Assembly (NCBI GenBank): GCA_964247055.1
Contig: OZ176058.1
Span: 2,356,001 to 2,420,000 of the forward strand
Length of the DNA: 64,000 bases
From: Paragordius varius
Lineage: Eukaryota > Animalia > Nematomorpha
Direction of reading: 5' to 3'
A program made the position numbers and the translations under genes. The notes beneath the pieces were generated by a model. The model made no database searches and had not been told where the DNA came from. It saw only the letters and a program-made list of their open reading frames with translations. Position 1 is the first letter of the stretch. Each line of letters begins with the position of its first letter. Shown one piece after another: positions 12,971-24,989 of the stretch.

Positions 12971-15616
12971 GTTTTAAAAACTAGCCTCATACACATTGAC
13001 ATTTTTTTATATTTTGTCAAAACATAAAATATACTTGTTTTCTACCTATGCGATTATTTTTTAACGTATCTTTTATACCTTTTTCCAAGAAATCGTTTAA
13101 TTTATTCTACGTCATTTTTACGTAAAATTTTTGCACCAAAAATGAAAATATTTCAGTTGACAGCAGAATAAAACTTACAACCATAAATTATAAATTCATT
13201 CTTAGCATTTGTTTAATTATTTTTTAGAAAATTATAAAGTATTTGTAATACCAAAATTTTCCTAGGGCCATTTGTAACTTATAATTTATTCAGAATAAAT
13301 AGTATTTTATTTCAACTTTTGAAACATTTATTCTGCTTTAACAAACCAAACAAATATGACTGCGCCTTACCACAATTTTACATAGTTTTTGGAAATTAAG
13401 TTTTTCAATTTAAAGAATATGAAAAGGTAGTATTTTAGAGGTATTTTTGCTCACCATGGGAAAATTCAGTTTATTTATGTTAATAACATTAGAAAACTTG
13501 CAATTTATTAATTTAATTATATTCTAATAGGGTTGTCTTTATTAAAAGTTAATATATAGAATGGGGTTAATCGTCGCCTCTAGGAGTGGTAAGCAGATGT
13601 CAAAATATTATTAGACATCATCATTCATTTTCTTTTCATATTACAATTACCATTTTTATTGTACAAGCTATTAAACAGATAACCATAAATAAAACAAATA
13701 AAAATGTATATTGAATAGTTTACATTATTTTATTAATCATAAAAACTTAGTAAATATAGAGATAATATTTTTATATAAATACATAACTGTCTTACTGGTT
13801 CCCAACTCTGTTTGCAACTCAAACCAAAATAAAAAACTTAATATGGTAGTTTTACAAACAGATGGTAATTTAACTTTACATTCATTTTATTTAAGATGCA
13901 AATCATTTAACATATTATAGAGAATTAACAAGTTATATAAAAAATTTTTGTCTTACAATGGTTACGCAGAGTATTTTCATATATTAAACGTTAAAAAACC
14001 AGTCGGGATTGCACGATAAAAAATTAACATATGCTTAATTATCAAAATAGATTAAATATTTTTATCCAAATTTTATGGGAACAGAATTATTTTAAAGTAA
14101 TTAAAATGCTTCACTCAACTTATATTCATGACTACAAAGTTGGGCTTTAAAAAAGTTATATGATATTTACATATTATGGCGGAATATAGGCGCCACTGCT
14201 TAACAAAGAACCCCGAACTGTAAAAATTATCAATCTTATGTTACTGAATCTAGTGTTTATAACGAGGCCCGTAAGCTATATAAAGCCCTATAAAAAATTC
14301 TTAAGGCTCGCGAAAATTTTAAAAAAAACCTATTAAAGCTTAAAAAAATCTTTTAATTATAAAGTTAATATTATTAACGATAAATTTTTTTATGATAATT
14401 TATTCAGTATATCCCATTTTGTTTATTAACACCATTGATGTTTAAATAAAGGGTTAATTTTAAGACCGTTAAGATTTTATAGCCACTTACTACTATTTTA
14501 TTACCATGAGTTCTATTAATAAAATTAATACTGCAAAATTATAAAAAACGAACCTTAGAGGCAAAGATATTCAATTTATTTTAAGATGCCTATTGATATA
14601 AAACATTAAGAAAAATGCGAATTTATCTTTACAAAATTTAACAAATGTGCAATTTTAATTTGGATTATAAACTTTTTTTAATGTAATCCGCATTTATCAT
14701 TTTAATATTCACATATGTTAAACATTATTTTTCCACAATTTTGCTTTATAGTAATTTAGGGATTATATGTAAAAAATTTAAGCCAATACCATAATAAAAT
14801 ATTTGGCAATATTTTTTAACTCACACTGTATAGAGAAATGCGTTGCGATGCCTTTTAACAGTGATAAAAATATAATAAAATTAAAAAACGGATTGATTAA
14901 AATATCTTTTTAATTTTAAAAAATATAACTATTTAGTTTTATATTAATTTGTTTTATTACAAATATAATTTAATTTAAAGCAAATGAACACCATCTCTTT
15001 AAGGCAATGTTTATATCCAATCACATCACATACTATGCTATGTACACAACAAATTACAATGGTTTTACTTCACATTTGGAAATCGTATAACGTTAATTTT
15101 ACGGAAAAATATAGATATAATTTTTTTTAAAGACAACCATACTTTTTATAGCTAAATTTTTCCCATATAAATTATGTATTTTAAATTATAAAATATATAA
15201 TTTATCATTTTACCATTATAAATTTCCATTTCATATATTTAAACAATTATTATATTTTAAAAGTTCGAGATTGAAAAAGTATAATTTTTATTTTAAACAT
15301 TTACAAAAAAAAGTTTTAAGAAACACTTAAAAACTAATAACTTGTGTTTTAAAAATACTATATTTTTGATACACTAATTCATATGCATTTTTCAGGTGAT
15401 TATGTGCGTGTTATAAAACTGTATATGATAAGTTTTAAATTAAAAAGACGAAATAATATGGCTGCCATAATGATAAAATTAGATTAATTTATGTTTTGTC
15501 TTTATAATATGAATATTTGCTGTATTTTACAATAAATTCTATAAATAATAATGATTGCAATTTATTTATACCATGCAAGAGAATTGTTCTCCTCTCTTTG
15601 CCTTATGTAGCATTCA

Positions 15617-15700
15617 ATGTCGTATATGAAAATATTCCCGTTCGGTATATGTATTTTGCTTTTCCTGGCTGTGGATGTTATGTTTTTATCGTTATTCAAG
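15617..15700 (+). CDS. Putative first coding exon encoding a signal peptide/anchor (MSYMKIFPFGICILLFLAVDVMFLSLFK); may belong to the downstream M1-aminopeptidase-like gene
   Basis: Pyrimidine-rich acceptor CTTTGCCTTATGTAG ending 15610, in-frame ATGs at 15617 and 15626, hydrophobic core, donor AAG|GTTAAA at 15701. Confidence 0.35.
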
Positions 15701-15918
15701 GTTAAAAAAATAAAATTGCTTAATATATAAGGTGACCAGACGTCCCGCTTTTTCATACTTTGTCCCGCGTCCCGCTACGTTTTTGAAATGTCCCGCTTTT
15801 TCACGATTACATGAAAAAAATTAAAATACATTTAAATTTTTTGTAAAAAAAAATATTTTTTATCCATTTAAATTTTTTATCATTAGTTATCTTTAAAATC
15901 TATATCAATTTTAAATTA

Positions 15919-18900
15919 CGTATCGTCTTTGTGTAATGGCTAGCCATTGTATCCGTATAGAAGCTGTCTGTAATATTTGCGATCCTGCCAGGCGTTATCA
16001 TCAATGTTGGCAACACTTAAATCATTATTTATTGTTTTTTCCCAGTTGAATGTTGGTCTGCCCCTGCGATTGTTACCTTCGGGATGTAGGGATAAAATTT
16101 TATTTGTCCATTGTTCTGGAGCACGTTTGATGTGTCCGAAATATCTGAGCCTATTTTTTCTGAGCATGACATTTAAAGGTTCAATTTGGTAGAGTTGATG
16201 TAAATTTGAATTTGACTTATTGGGTTGGAATAAATTTAGTATCCGTTTTTCTAAGTTCATTAGTTTTTTCTCGATTGAATCTGTCATCGGCCACGTTTCG
16301 CAACCATACAGGAGTATGGGACGTATGCCGGCTTTGTAAATCAAACCTTTGTTTTTTGCTGATATGTGTTTATTTTTGAGGACAAATTTAAGTTGATGAT
16401 ATTTTACCCAAGCCTGTTGGGATCTATATTTAACTGATTGGTTTATTCCACCTAGGCAATGTATGACATCACCCAGGTATTTGAAATTTTCACCAATTCG
16501 ATTTTGGTGTCTGCCATATAAACGTAATTTAGGGAAGTGGATGAGTGATTTATTGTTTTATTTTTACATGATTCACATATAAATTTGTCATTATTGATTA
16601 GTTTCCCTTTTATAAGCGAGCACTTTTTGTGTACCCACTTATTGCATGATGTACATAGGATTGAATTGAGTTTAACATCTAAATCACATACTCCACATGG
16701 GAACTTAGGTCGTTTATATACAGTTTCACCCGTTATCATTACCTTTGTTTTGCTTATATTTATATTCATTCCACCCTTTTCTAAGTGTGATTTCCATGTG
16801 TTGTACTTTTGATTTAATGCTTCCATTGATGTTGCGGTGAGGACAATGTCGTCCGCATAGATAAGTTCCCATGGTGGGCCTTGTTTTATATCTTTTGTTA
16901 GGTAATCCATTTAAAATGAAGAGTAGAGGGCTTAGGATGGAGCCTTGATGAAGACCAGATTCGTTTGGAACAAAAGCTGTGTTACCTAGTGTTAATCTGA
17001 CGCAGTTTGTTGTTTTGTAGTACATCATTTCTATTGATTTAATTATCCAATCATCTACATTATTGGCTCGTAGTGTGGATGTGATCAACTTCCTGGGGAT
17101 ACAATCAAAGGCCCTTTGTAAATCAATAAAAACATGATATAGTTTTTTATTTTTCGCTAAATAGTTCTCTTGCAATCTTCTCAAAATGAAGATTGCATCA
17201 ATTGTGCTACTGTTTGGTTTATAGGCATATTGTGATTCCTGTATACTAACGATTGATCTTAGTTTTGATTCAATAATGGATTCAAAAATTTTTAACGGGT
17301 GTTCCAATAACTTTAGTGGTCTGTAGGAGGAGCAAACTAGTATGTCTCCTTTGTTTTTATAAATGGGTATGATGGTGCTTTTTGACCAATCATTAGGGAT
17401 GCGATTTGTTGATAAGATTAGATTGAATATGTTAGTTAAATGTATAATGCATTGTGGTAAAGCTTTGATCATGTCACAGCTGAGTTCAGATGGACCTGTG
17501 GCTTTATTATTTTTCATCTTGACCAAGGCTTCTCTTACATCGTCTGTTGTTATCAATGGTCAAGGACCAATTACTGGTGGTTGGTTTATTGTTTCAAAAT
17601 CATGTTTTTGTGCAAATTGTTCTTTGTAATACGTTGTCCAGACATTGCTTATGTCACTCCACTCAGTTACTAGTTGTTGATCTTTATCTTTAATATAGGA
17701 AATTTGTTTAATGTCCTTTTTATTATTGTTAACTGAATTTATTGTTCGAAAAATCTTAAGATTTTTCATGTCTTGTTCTAATTTTTTAGCTAAATCCAAA
17801 GCTTTTTTGTTGGCTGAAATATTGATGGCTTGTTGTAAATTTTTATTTGATTTGATATATGATTCCAAGTCTCTTTTATCTTTTGTTTGTTTCCATCTTT
17901 TATAGTTATTGCGTTTAATTACAATTAAAGGTTTTATGGATTCTGACCACCACAAATTTGATTGTTGTTTTTTCCTGTATATTTTCTTTCTCCCAAGCTT
18001 GTTCAGATGTTTTGTGGTTGAGGCTAAGCGATGCATTGACAGTTTCTGAGAGTTGAAGTTTAAGATCAGGAAGGTGTAATTTTTCTAAGTTTATTTTAGG
18101 TTTCTGGTTACTATGGTAATAGGATTTGTTTATTGTTATTATAGCTACAATTAATTTATGTTGCGTGTCAGTAAGGTATGTTTTAGAGTCTTTAATGAAT
18201 TTTCTATCTTGAATGGGTGTTAAAATGTAGTCTACCATAGAATTTTGATTACCACTTGTATAAGTTATTAATTTCTTTGCTGGTTTCGTGAAGAGGGTAT
18301 TGCAGATAGTAAGTCTAAGAGATGCGCAGTATTCTAATAATGTATCACCTTCTTTGTTACGGCTGCCAAAAGCGTTTCCTCCATGTATTCTCATATAGTC
18401 TTCACCATTAGTGCCAACGTGGGAATTGAAATCTCCTATAAAAATTTTGTCATTTGGAGGTATTGCATGGGAAATGTCGTATAGTTGGTTCCAAAAGGCT
18501 TGTTTGGTTGCTTCGCTTAATCCAGACTGGGGAGCATAGATGGAAAATATGTTAAGAATTTGTTTTTTAAAGCCGATACGTATTTGGATAATTCTTTCGT
18601 TGTGTCTGTTTACTTCTATTATATTATCACAATATTCATTTTTAATAGCTATAGCCACTCCATGTTGGCCTTTCATTTGACCTTTGTAGAAAATTGTATA
18701 GTTGTCTATATTCAGCTTTCCCTCAGATTTATATCTTGTTTCCTGGAGGCAACAGATGTCAATGTTTTTCTCTTTTATTTGGTCGATAACTAAGTTTGAT
18801 CTACCGACTAGCGTCGAGATATTCCAAGTGCCGATCTTAAGTGGTTTTACCATATTGTTGGGTGTTTTTTGATGTTTGTGGTTTTTTAGGAGAGCATTAA

Positions 18901-19392
18901 TATTGTTATCATGTAAATTAATATTATTATCAAAATTAAGATTATCACATATATTAATATCATTAATAAAATTATTTGTAAGATTAATATTATCATTTTT
19001 AAAATATATATCATTGTTTAAAAGTGTTGTCAATTCATTCATTATTTTCATATACGGTATGATTAAGGCGATTGTTTTACAATTTGCATGCCTTTGCAAA
19101 TCAAGAGACTATTTCGGTGTCCCTGACCTATGAAATTGCCTTTCTGGGCTTACGGAGTTCCATCCCCGCTTGCATATATTACAAATTGGTTGTTTCTAGC
19201 AACTGGTTATAGCGCCAGATAAACCCGCTTTATCATCTGTGTGAATGCAGGTATTGTGGTATTTTATAGGAAAAAATAATGGTAGTTTATTTTTTCCACC
19301 ACACCCCACACAGATGATTTCTTTCCTTTGCCGCTCCCGTTGGTATTAACCAGGGTGCACCACGCGGAGGTGGGAGTCGGACTTTGCACCCC
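15919..19392 (-). mobile_element. Full-length RTE-clade non-LTR retrotransposon (APE endonuclease + RT), single ORF disrupted by a few lesions
   Basis: 13-bp TSD CAATTTTAAATTA at 15906-15918 and 19393-19405. APE motifs KIGTWNI, LQETR, IYAPQ, GDFNSHVG, VDYIL; RT motifs KATGPS, YRPLKLL, FIDLQRAFD, GLHQGSILSPLLF, YADD, FKYLG, LLYGCETW, RLRYFGH, RGRP. Lesions: deletion/frameshift near 17980, in-frame TGA 17560-17562, frameshifts near 16912 and 16490. Confidence 0.95.
19331..19392 (-). ncRNA. HDV-like self-cleaving ribozyme at the LINE 5' end
   Basis: Minus strand: P1 GGGGUGC / GCACCCU (G1-U wobble), J1/2 AAAGU, P2 CCG(A)CUCCC / GGGAGCGG, P3 ACC / GGU, L3 UCCGCGU, P1.1 CC / GG, J4/2 CCAAC (CNRA). 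G1 = 19392, the first base after the TSD. Confidence 0.85.
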
Positions 19393-19456
19393 CAATTTTA
19401 AATTAAAAATATTTATTTTTTTCGAATTTATATCATATGATTATAATCTATTCTTC

Positions 19457-19675
19457 CTACTAACTGCCTACATTATCAAAAAGACAAATTAATACCACAA
19501 ATCGGTAGCTTAAACGTTTACTCCAGAAGAGTAAGGTAATAAAATAATTTTTTATACTAATATTTAATTATATTACCTGCCAACATTCAAAAAGACAAAT
19601 TTATACCACAAATTGGTAGCTTATTTGTTTACTCCAGAAAATTAAGCTAATAATATTTTTTTATACTAATATTAG
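19457..19675. repeat. About 110-bp imperfect tandem duplication upstream of the transposase ATG
   Basis: CTGCC..CATT..CAAAAAGACAAATT.ATACCACAAAT.GGTAGCTTA...GTTTACTCCAGAA...TTTTATACTAATATT occurs twice (about 19457-19564 and 19571-19675). Confidence 0.8.
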
Positions 19676-19684
19676 TTTAAAAAT

Positions 19685-21400
19685 ATGAGTACAAAAAGAG
19701 GTTGTAAATTTAACGATGAATGAATGAAAGAATTTCCTGTTATCAAAACGAAGAATGAATCATTTGTTAAATGTTCTTTATGCGAGGGGGAAACCCTAGC
19801 ACATGGCGGCAAGCATGATATAACAAAGCATATGGTTAAATATGGCGGCATCCTCTTACAAAATGAGCGATTTTTATCGAAAAACCGCTTTTGGAGAGGA
19901 AGAAAAAAATCTGGCACTAGCCGAAGGCCTTTTATCTTTTCACGTCGTTAATCACAAATAATTCCTTTAAATCTATGGATTGTACCTAACAGGTTATTCG
20001 TATCTTATTCAATAAAAAATTTACATGTGTTGTACAAAAGCTGAAGCCATTGTAAGCAATGTCCTTTCGCCACATGCATTTTCTGAAATACCAAATGATT
20101 TGCTGAAAAATTTCATATCGCTATACTCTGATGCATCAAATCACGAGGAAACAAAATTATTTACCACTTTAATAAGATATTTTGATCCAGAAACCGGAGT
20201 AAAAATTAAAATTTTAGATTTTATTTCTCTACCCGCTGAAAATTCCGACATAATTGTTACTTAAATAATGAATATTCTAAAAAATAAATTAAAAGACAAA
20301 ATCATCGCATATTGCGCTGACAACACCAAATACGAACTTCGGTGGAAAAGCAAGGAGGGGAACAAAAAATATTTTTCATAAATTAGCAGATAATCTTAAT
20401 CAAACCATTATTATCGTTGGGTGTACAGCGCATATAATACACAACGCTATTCAAACAGCTGCTGATTTGTTATCCCTAGATGTGGAAAATGTAGTTGTTA
20501 AAATATATTTTTATTTATAGCCGGTACGCGTTAAAACGCTTAAGGAATTCTCAGAAAATGCAGAAGTTGATTATTACAAAATGCTTGGATATTGTAAAAC
20601 TCGTTGGTTAGCTCATCTGCCAGTCGAAAGAATTTTAAAATTGTATGATCCTTTAAAAACCTATCTTTTATCACAGGACAAATATCCTACAATTTTGGAG
20701 ACAAAATTTCGGCAATCGAAGTAGCCAATGAAGTAGTAACCGAAAATTCCAAGGTCAAGAAAGCTTCGAAAATAATTTTATACCATTAACCATCCGCAAT
20801 ATTATAAATAATTTAAAACAAGGCTTAATAAATCACCAAGATATCCTGTACCATATAAAAATGTTTTATACAAACTGTTAAGATTACTTGGAAGACATTC
20901 AATGAAATTGATCATTTTCACTGGATAACATTAAAACCAGAATTTAATTGGTGCGATGTTCAAAAATCATTTAATTACAACTGCATCTCCCGAAAATTCC
21001 CAAAACGTAATCTTTTTGAAAATGATCTTTTTTCTCAAGTATCATTAGTAAAAAAATTTTAATAATGAAAAACTTAAATTATGGACAACAGAAGAAAATA
21101 CAGTAGAAAAGAAATGGTTAGGAATATTTCATCATTTTAAAACAAATTATGTTTCATACAATAATATTTTAAAAATTGTGGAATTTGCACTATCTTTACC
21201 TGGAACCAACGTTGCTACTGAGAGGGTTTTTTCCACAGTAAATCATGTGTGGACATCAGAAAATCAAATTTAAATGTTGAAACTTTAAATGTCATTTTAT
21301 CTGTGAAATATAATTTGACAAATTCTTGTAAAGACTTCTACAATATTTTTAAAAATGATGACAATTTGCTAAAACGCATTCACTCAATTAAAAATATACC
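19685..21400 (+). pseudogene. hAT transposase pseudogene (BED-type zinc finger to C-terminal dimerization region)
   Basis: MSTKRGCKFNDE*MKEFPVIK...VKCSLC...HGGKHDITKH, SLYSDASNH...RYFDPETG, YCADN, VGCTAHIIHN, KTRWL, FALSLPGTNVATERVFS; many stops and frameshifts. Confidence 0.85.
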
Positions 21401-24400
21401 AAAGAATAAAATATTATATTTATAATGTATTTGTGTTAAAAATAAATAAATATTACAATAGATTTTTTATATAAAAATTTTTGGTTGTACCCCCTATGCC
21501 TCCCTTTCTCAAATTTGTCCCGCTTTTTCCTTCAAAAAATCTGGTCACCTTATTAATATATAATATGATATGATTGCACAACATATCTACCTAAATTTAA
21601 TTGGAGTTTCCCTAAAAAATAATCATTTTATCTCAAAATTTGAATATTTTATACAAAGTTTATGGCATTTTGGAAATAAATACGTGATTAAGGTAAATAT
21701 TATAATTTACCATTCTTTTCAAAGTTGATGATTGTGCTATTATAAGTAAATGTTTAATTTTATTATATTTGCAATCTACTAGAAAAAATATTTTCTTTCA
21801 CTACACTTAATTTATTAAATATTTTGATGTTTAAATTGCAATAGATATATAAATTGTTAACACAATTAATTATAAATTTTACAATAAATTTAAATAAATA
21901 AGCTTAATGAATGTGAAAAAAGTATGTTGTTTAGTATTTATTACGTTTTGTTTGTGTAATAATTTCAATTCGTGTGTGTGTGAATCAGCTGATATAAATA
22001 TGTTTATATATAAAAGTAAAAGTTAATTACTTTAACTTTAAATTTACTTTTTAATATATTTTAACTGCTATTTTTGATGATATTTCAAGAAAATCAGGGT
22101 AGGTGACATTTACGAAATTTCCCTGAAGCCTATTCGAGTCTCCTGAAAAACAAAAATAGCAAAACGATTTATAGGATTAATTTTGATTTTTTGGACCTTG
22201 ATTTTTTCTAATACCTCAAATAATTACATTGTGAAAATTGAGTTTTTCTTAAAATAAAAAAAATGTTTAAATATGCATAAAATCTCTTCAAAATATTATA
22301 ATAACACTTAATCTATAAAATTCGATGTTCTCATTACCTCAGTGTTTAATTAATATATTTACTCATCTTTATATGTAAATATGATTTGTTTATCAAAAAT
22401 CCAATTTTTAAAAAAACTAAATTTTAAAATAAAATTTCGTGATAATATATGCCAAAAAAACTACCAAAAATCAAAATTTTTTAAAATATTGTTTTGCTTT
22501 TTTTGTCATAGCATATTGATATAAAAATTTAATTTTCATAAAAATTATGCAACGAAAGCAAATTTACCCTTTGATGCATAATAAAATATAAGTTTCTTGA
22601 ACTAAAGGGCCAAAACCAAAGGCAGTATGATCCTTACATTTTCCCATCAGAAAATATTTATTTTATCAGGATATTTTTTTCGGATATGTTATTGCACATT
22701 TGGATATGGCTGAAAGGTAATTTAATTTTGGGGAATATATGATTTTTGAATTATAAATTTTACATGGGTTGTCGAAATTATGAAAGAATTTGCACCTGTT
22801 TGTATATATCACGTTATAGCATTAATTTCAAAATAACTAATAAATCAGTTGTTTTATATGTGAAGAGCGGGAACAATTTGGAGACTCTACCCTAAATTTA
22901 TTTCTATAACAAAATGTTCAAGATTATTGATAATTGGTTTATTTAATCTTATAAATATAATTAGCCCCTTGTTTCGATTGATATACTAAGCTTAAACAAA
23001 TTTAAGGTTAATGAGAATCTCAGGTGCAAAATATAGATTTCCGATATCGAAAAATATCCAACAATTCCGAAACAATCTCATTGATTTTAATTTTTTTGAT
23101 AAAATTTTGTATTTTATATTTGTTTTTTTTTGGGAAGAGAGGGCGCCAGAATTTTTATTAATTTGGTGGGGCGTAAACGAAAAAAGATCGGAACCATCTT
23201 AATAAATGAATGAATTTCAATGTCTTTTTAATTTGTGCATAATAAAATTTTATTTAAGATTTCATTACCTTTTCGGGGATAGTTTTATTCCGTATGGACA
23301 TTTATTAATATCTTATAATTATTTTTGGCTAATGGATAAATATAATAGTTCTTTAGCTTATTAGACCCGTAATATACTTTAAATTAGTTTAAGGACATCC
23401 TCTTAAGCTTCGCCGCCAATTTTTATTTTTTAAATGAACATAACAAAAAAATAAATCGTTATGGTCAAAAATAATAATTAACTCTGGATAGCGTTTCGAT
23501 TATAATATACCAGCAAATTTTTGATATTTTTTAATTTAATATCATATAAGTTGTTAGAGCTATCTTTAGAAGTTAAAATAATGTAAAAATTTCAATGTTT
23601 ACAGGAAAGAGGGTTTTATTTTAAAATTTAACCAAATAACTCTGGTGGAAAACTTCGCCAAAATGTCAGCGCAGGCAAATTGATAGAAATTTATCTTAAA
23701 TATAATTTATACTTGGCTGTTCATTGGGTCAATCATTAATGACATAAATGCATATAATAGCTAATGAAAATGATAATACTTCGAATAACGAGCATTCCTA
23801 TATAGTTGTAGGAAATAATGAAATTAATTATGAGAAGATATATTACTAAAAATATCGTTATACTATAAAATACGGTTTTTTCCATATTCTGCGAACATGA
23901 AAATATTCGCGTAAGTTAGACATTATTCTCAAATATACTCTTATTTTTTACATTTGTTGTACATAGATTGCCTTTTTTGGAAAAACGCATTTTTGAAACC
24001 CCTGCCTGGGTTAAGTCATTGCTTTTAGGGACGAATTGTTAATAAATCAGGCGGTATACTCACCAAAAATTTGAAAATAGGCCGCAAAAAAATATTTAAC
24101 TTGTCTCAGCGTGCACACCATATAATATACGACACGCATTTTACATATATGCCACGTTTGCTCGAGCCTTCAACTTTGCCCAAAACCAAATCAAACTAGT
24201 CAAATCTATGATTTTTAGACAATAAAGAAAAGTGTTGTAGGATATATATCAATGCCTTTGAAAGAGAAAATTGCTACAAATAAATTGAAAAGAAAATTAA
24301 AAACACTGACATCTTGATAAAATCAAACTTGAAATATCCTTATACGGCTTATGCCCTAAAAGGGAACTATCTTACTTTGGCTTCATCACTAGAGCCACAA

Positions 24401-24989
24401 TTTGGAGTATTTATATATAGTATGCATTAAATATATATTTTCTTTCTAAACACTAAATATATTGAGTCAAAATTGACATTATACAGACATAGGCCACAAA
24501 TATTTTTTATAGGTTATGGAATAATTGCATGTTTTACAAAGTGCTTGATTGTTTAGTTTTTCGAAGTAACTATTATGCTTGAATGCTAATGTTACGAGAT
24601 GCGTTAACAATTTGATATTGTTAAATATGACTTTGAAAATTGAAATTTAAACTTATTGAATCTAATATCAAAACCGTATTAGCTCTAATTACCTTGTTTG
24701 ATGCTCTACTATCGATTGTAATAAAATTTATAAATATTTAAGGATGGTATTTAGCATCCTAAAAAAATGTAGGGTTTCCTAAAATAATAATTTTTATTCA
24801 CTTAAAAACAAGTGTTTCCTTTAAAATCTAATGTTAATTTTTTTAGGGATTCCTTAGCTTTTTATTCACTTCAAATTAGGGAATCTCTTAAAAAAGCTAA
24901 GGAAAGAGTGTTTCCTTTTTTATTCACTCCACCCAATTTGCTTAACCCTTAAAATTATTCATGTTTTTATTCTCTAAATTTTAAAATGA

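Larger units (their letters stand above)
15728..21552 (+). mobile_element. hAT DNA transposon (Blackjack-like ends), defective, carrying a nested LINE
   Basis: TIRs TAAGGTGACCAGA / TCTGGTCACCTTA; perfect 8-bp TSD TTAATATA (15720-15727 and 21553-21560); subterminal GTCCCG repeats at both ends; internal transposase relic. Confidence 0.93.

Noticed and set aside
13711-13920. VLQTDGNL resembling the bulb-lectin QxDxNxV motif
   Set aside because: Single motif in an AT-rich ORF, no repeats of it and no convincing splice context.
21570-21692. Open frame ending at an AAG|GTAAAT donor after the hAT
   Set aside because: No clear acceptor and no recognisable motif, so not assigned to the aminopeptidase-like model.
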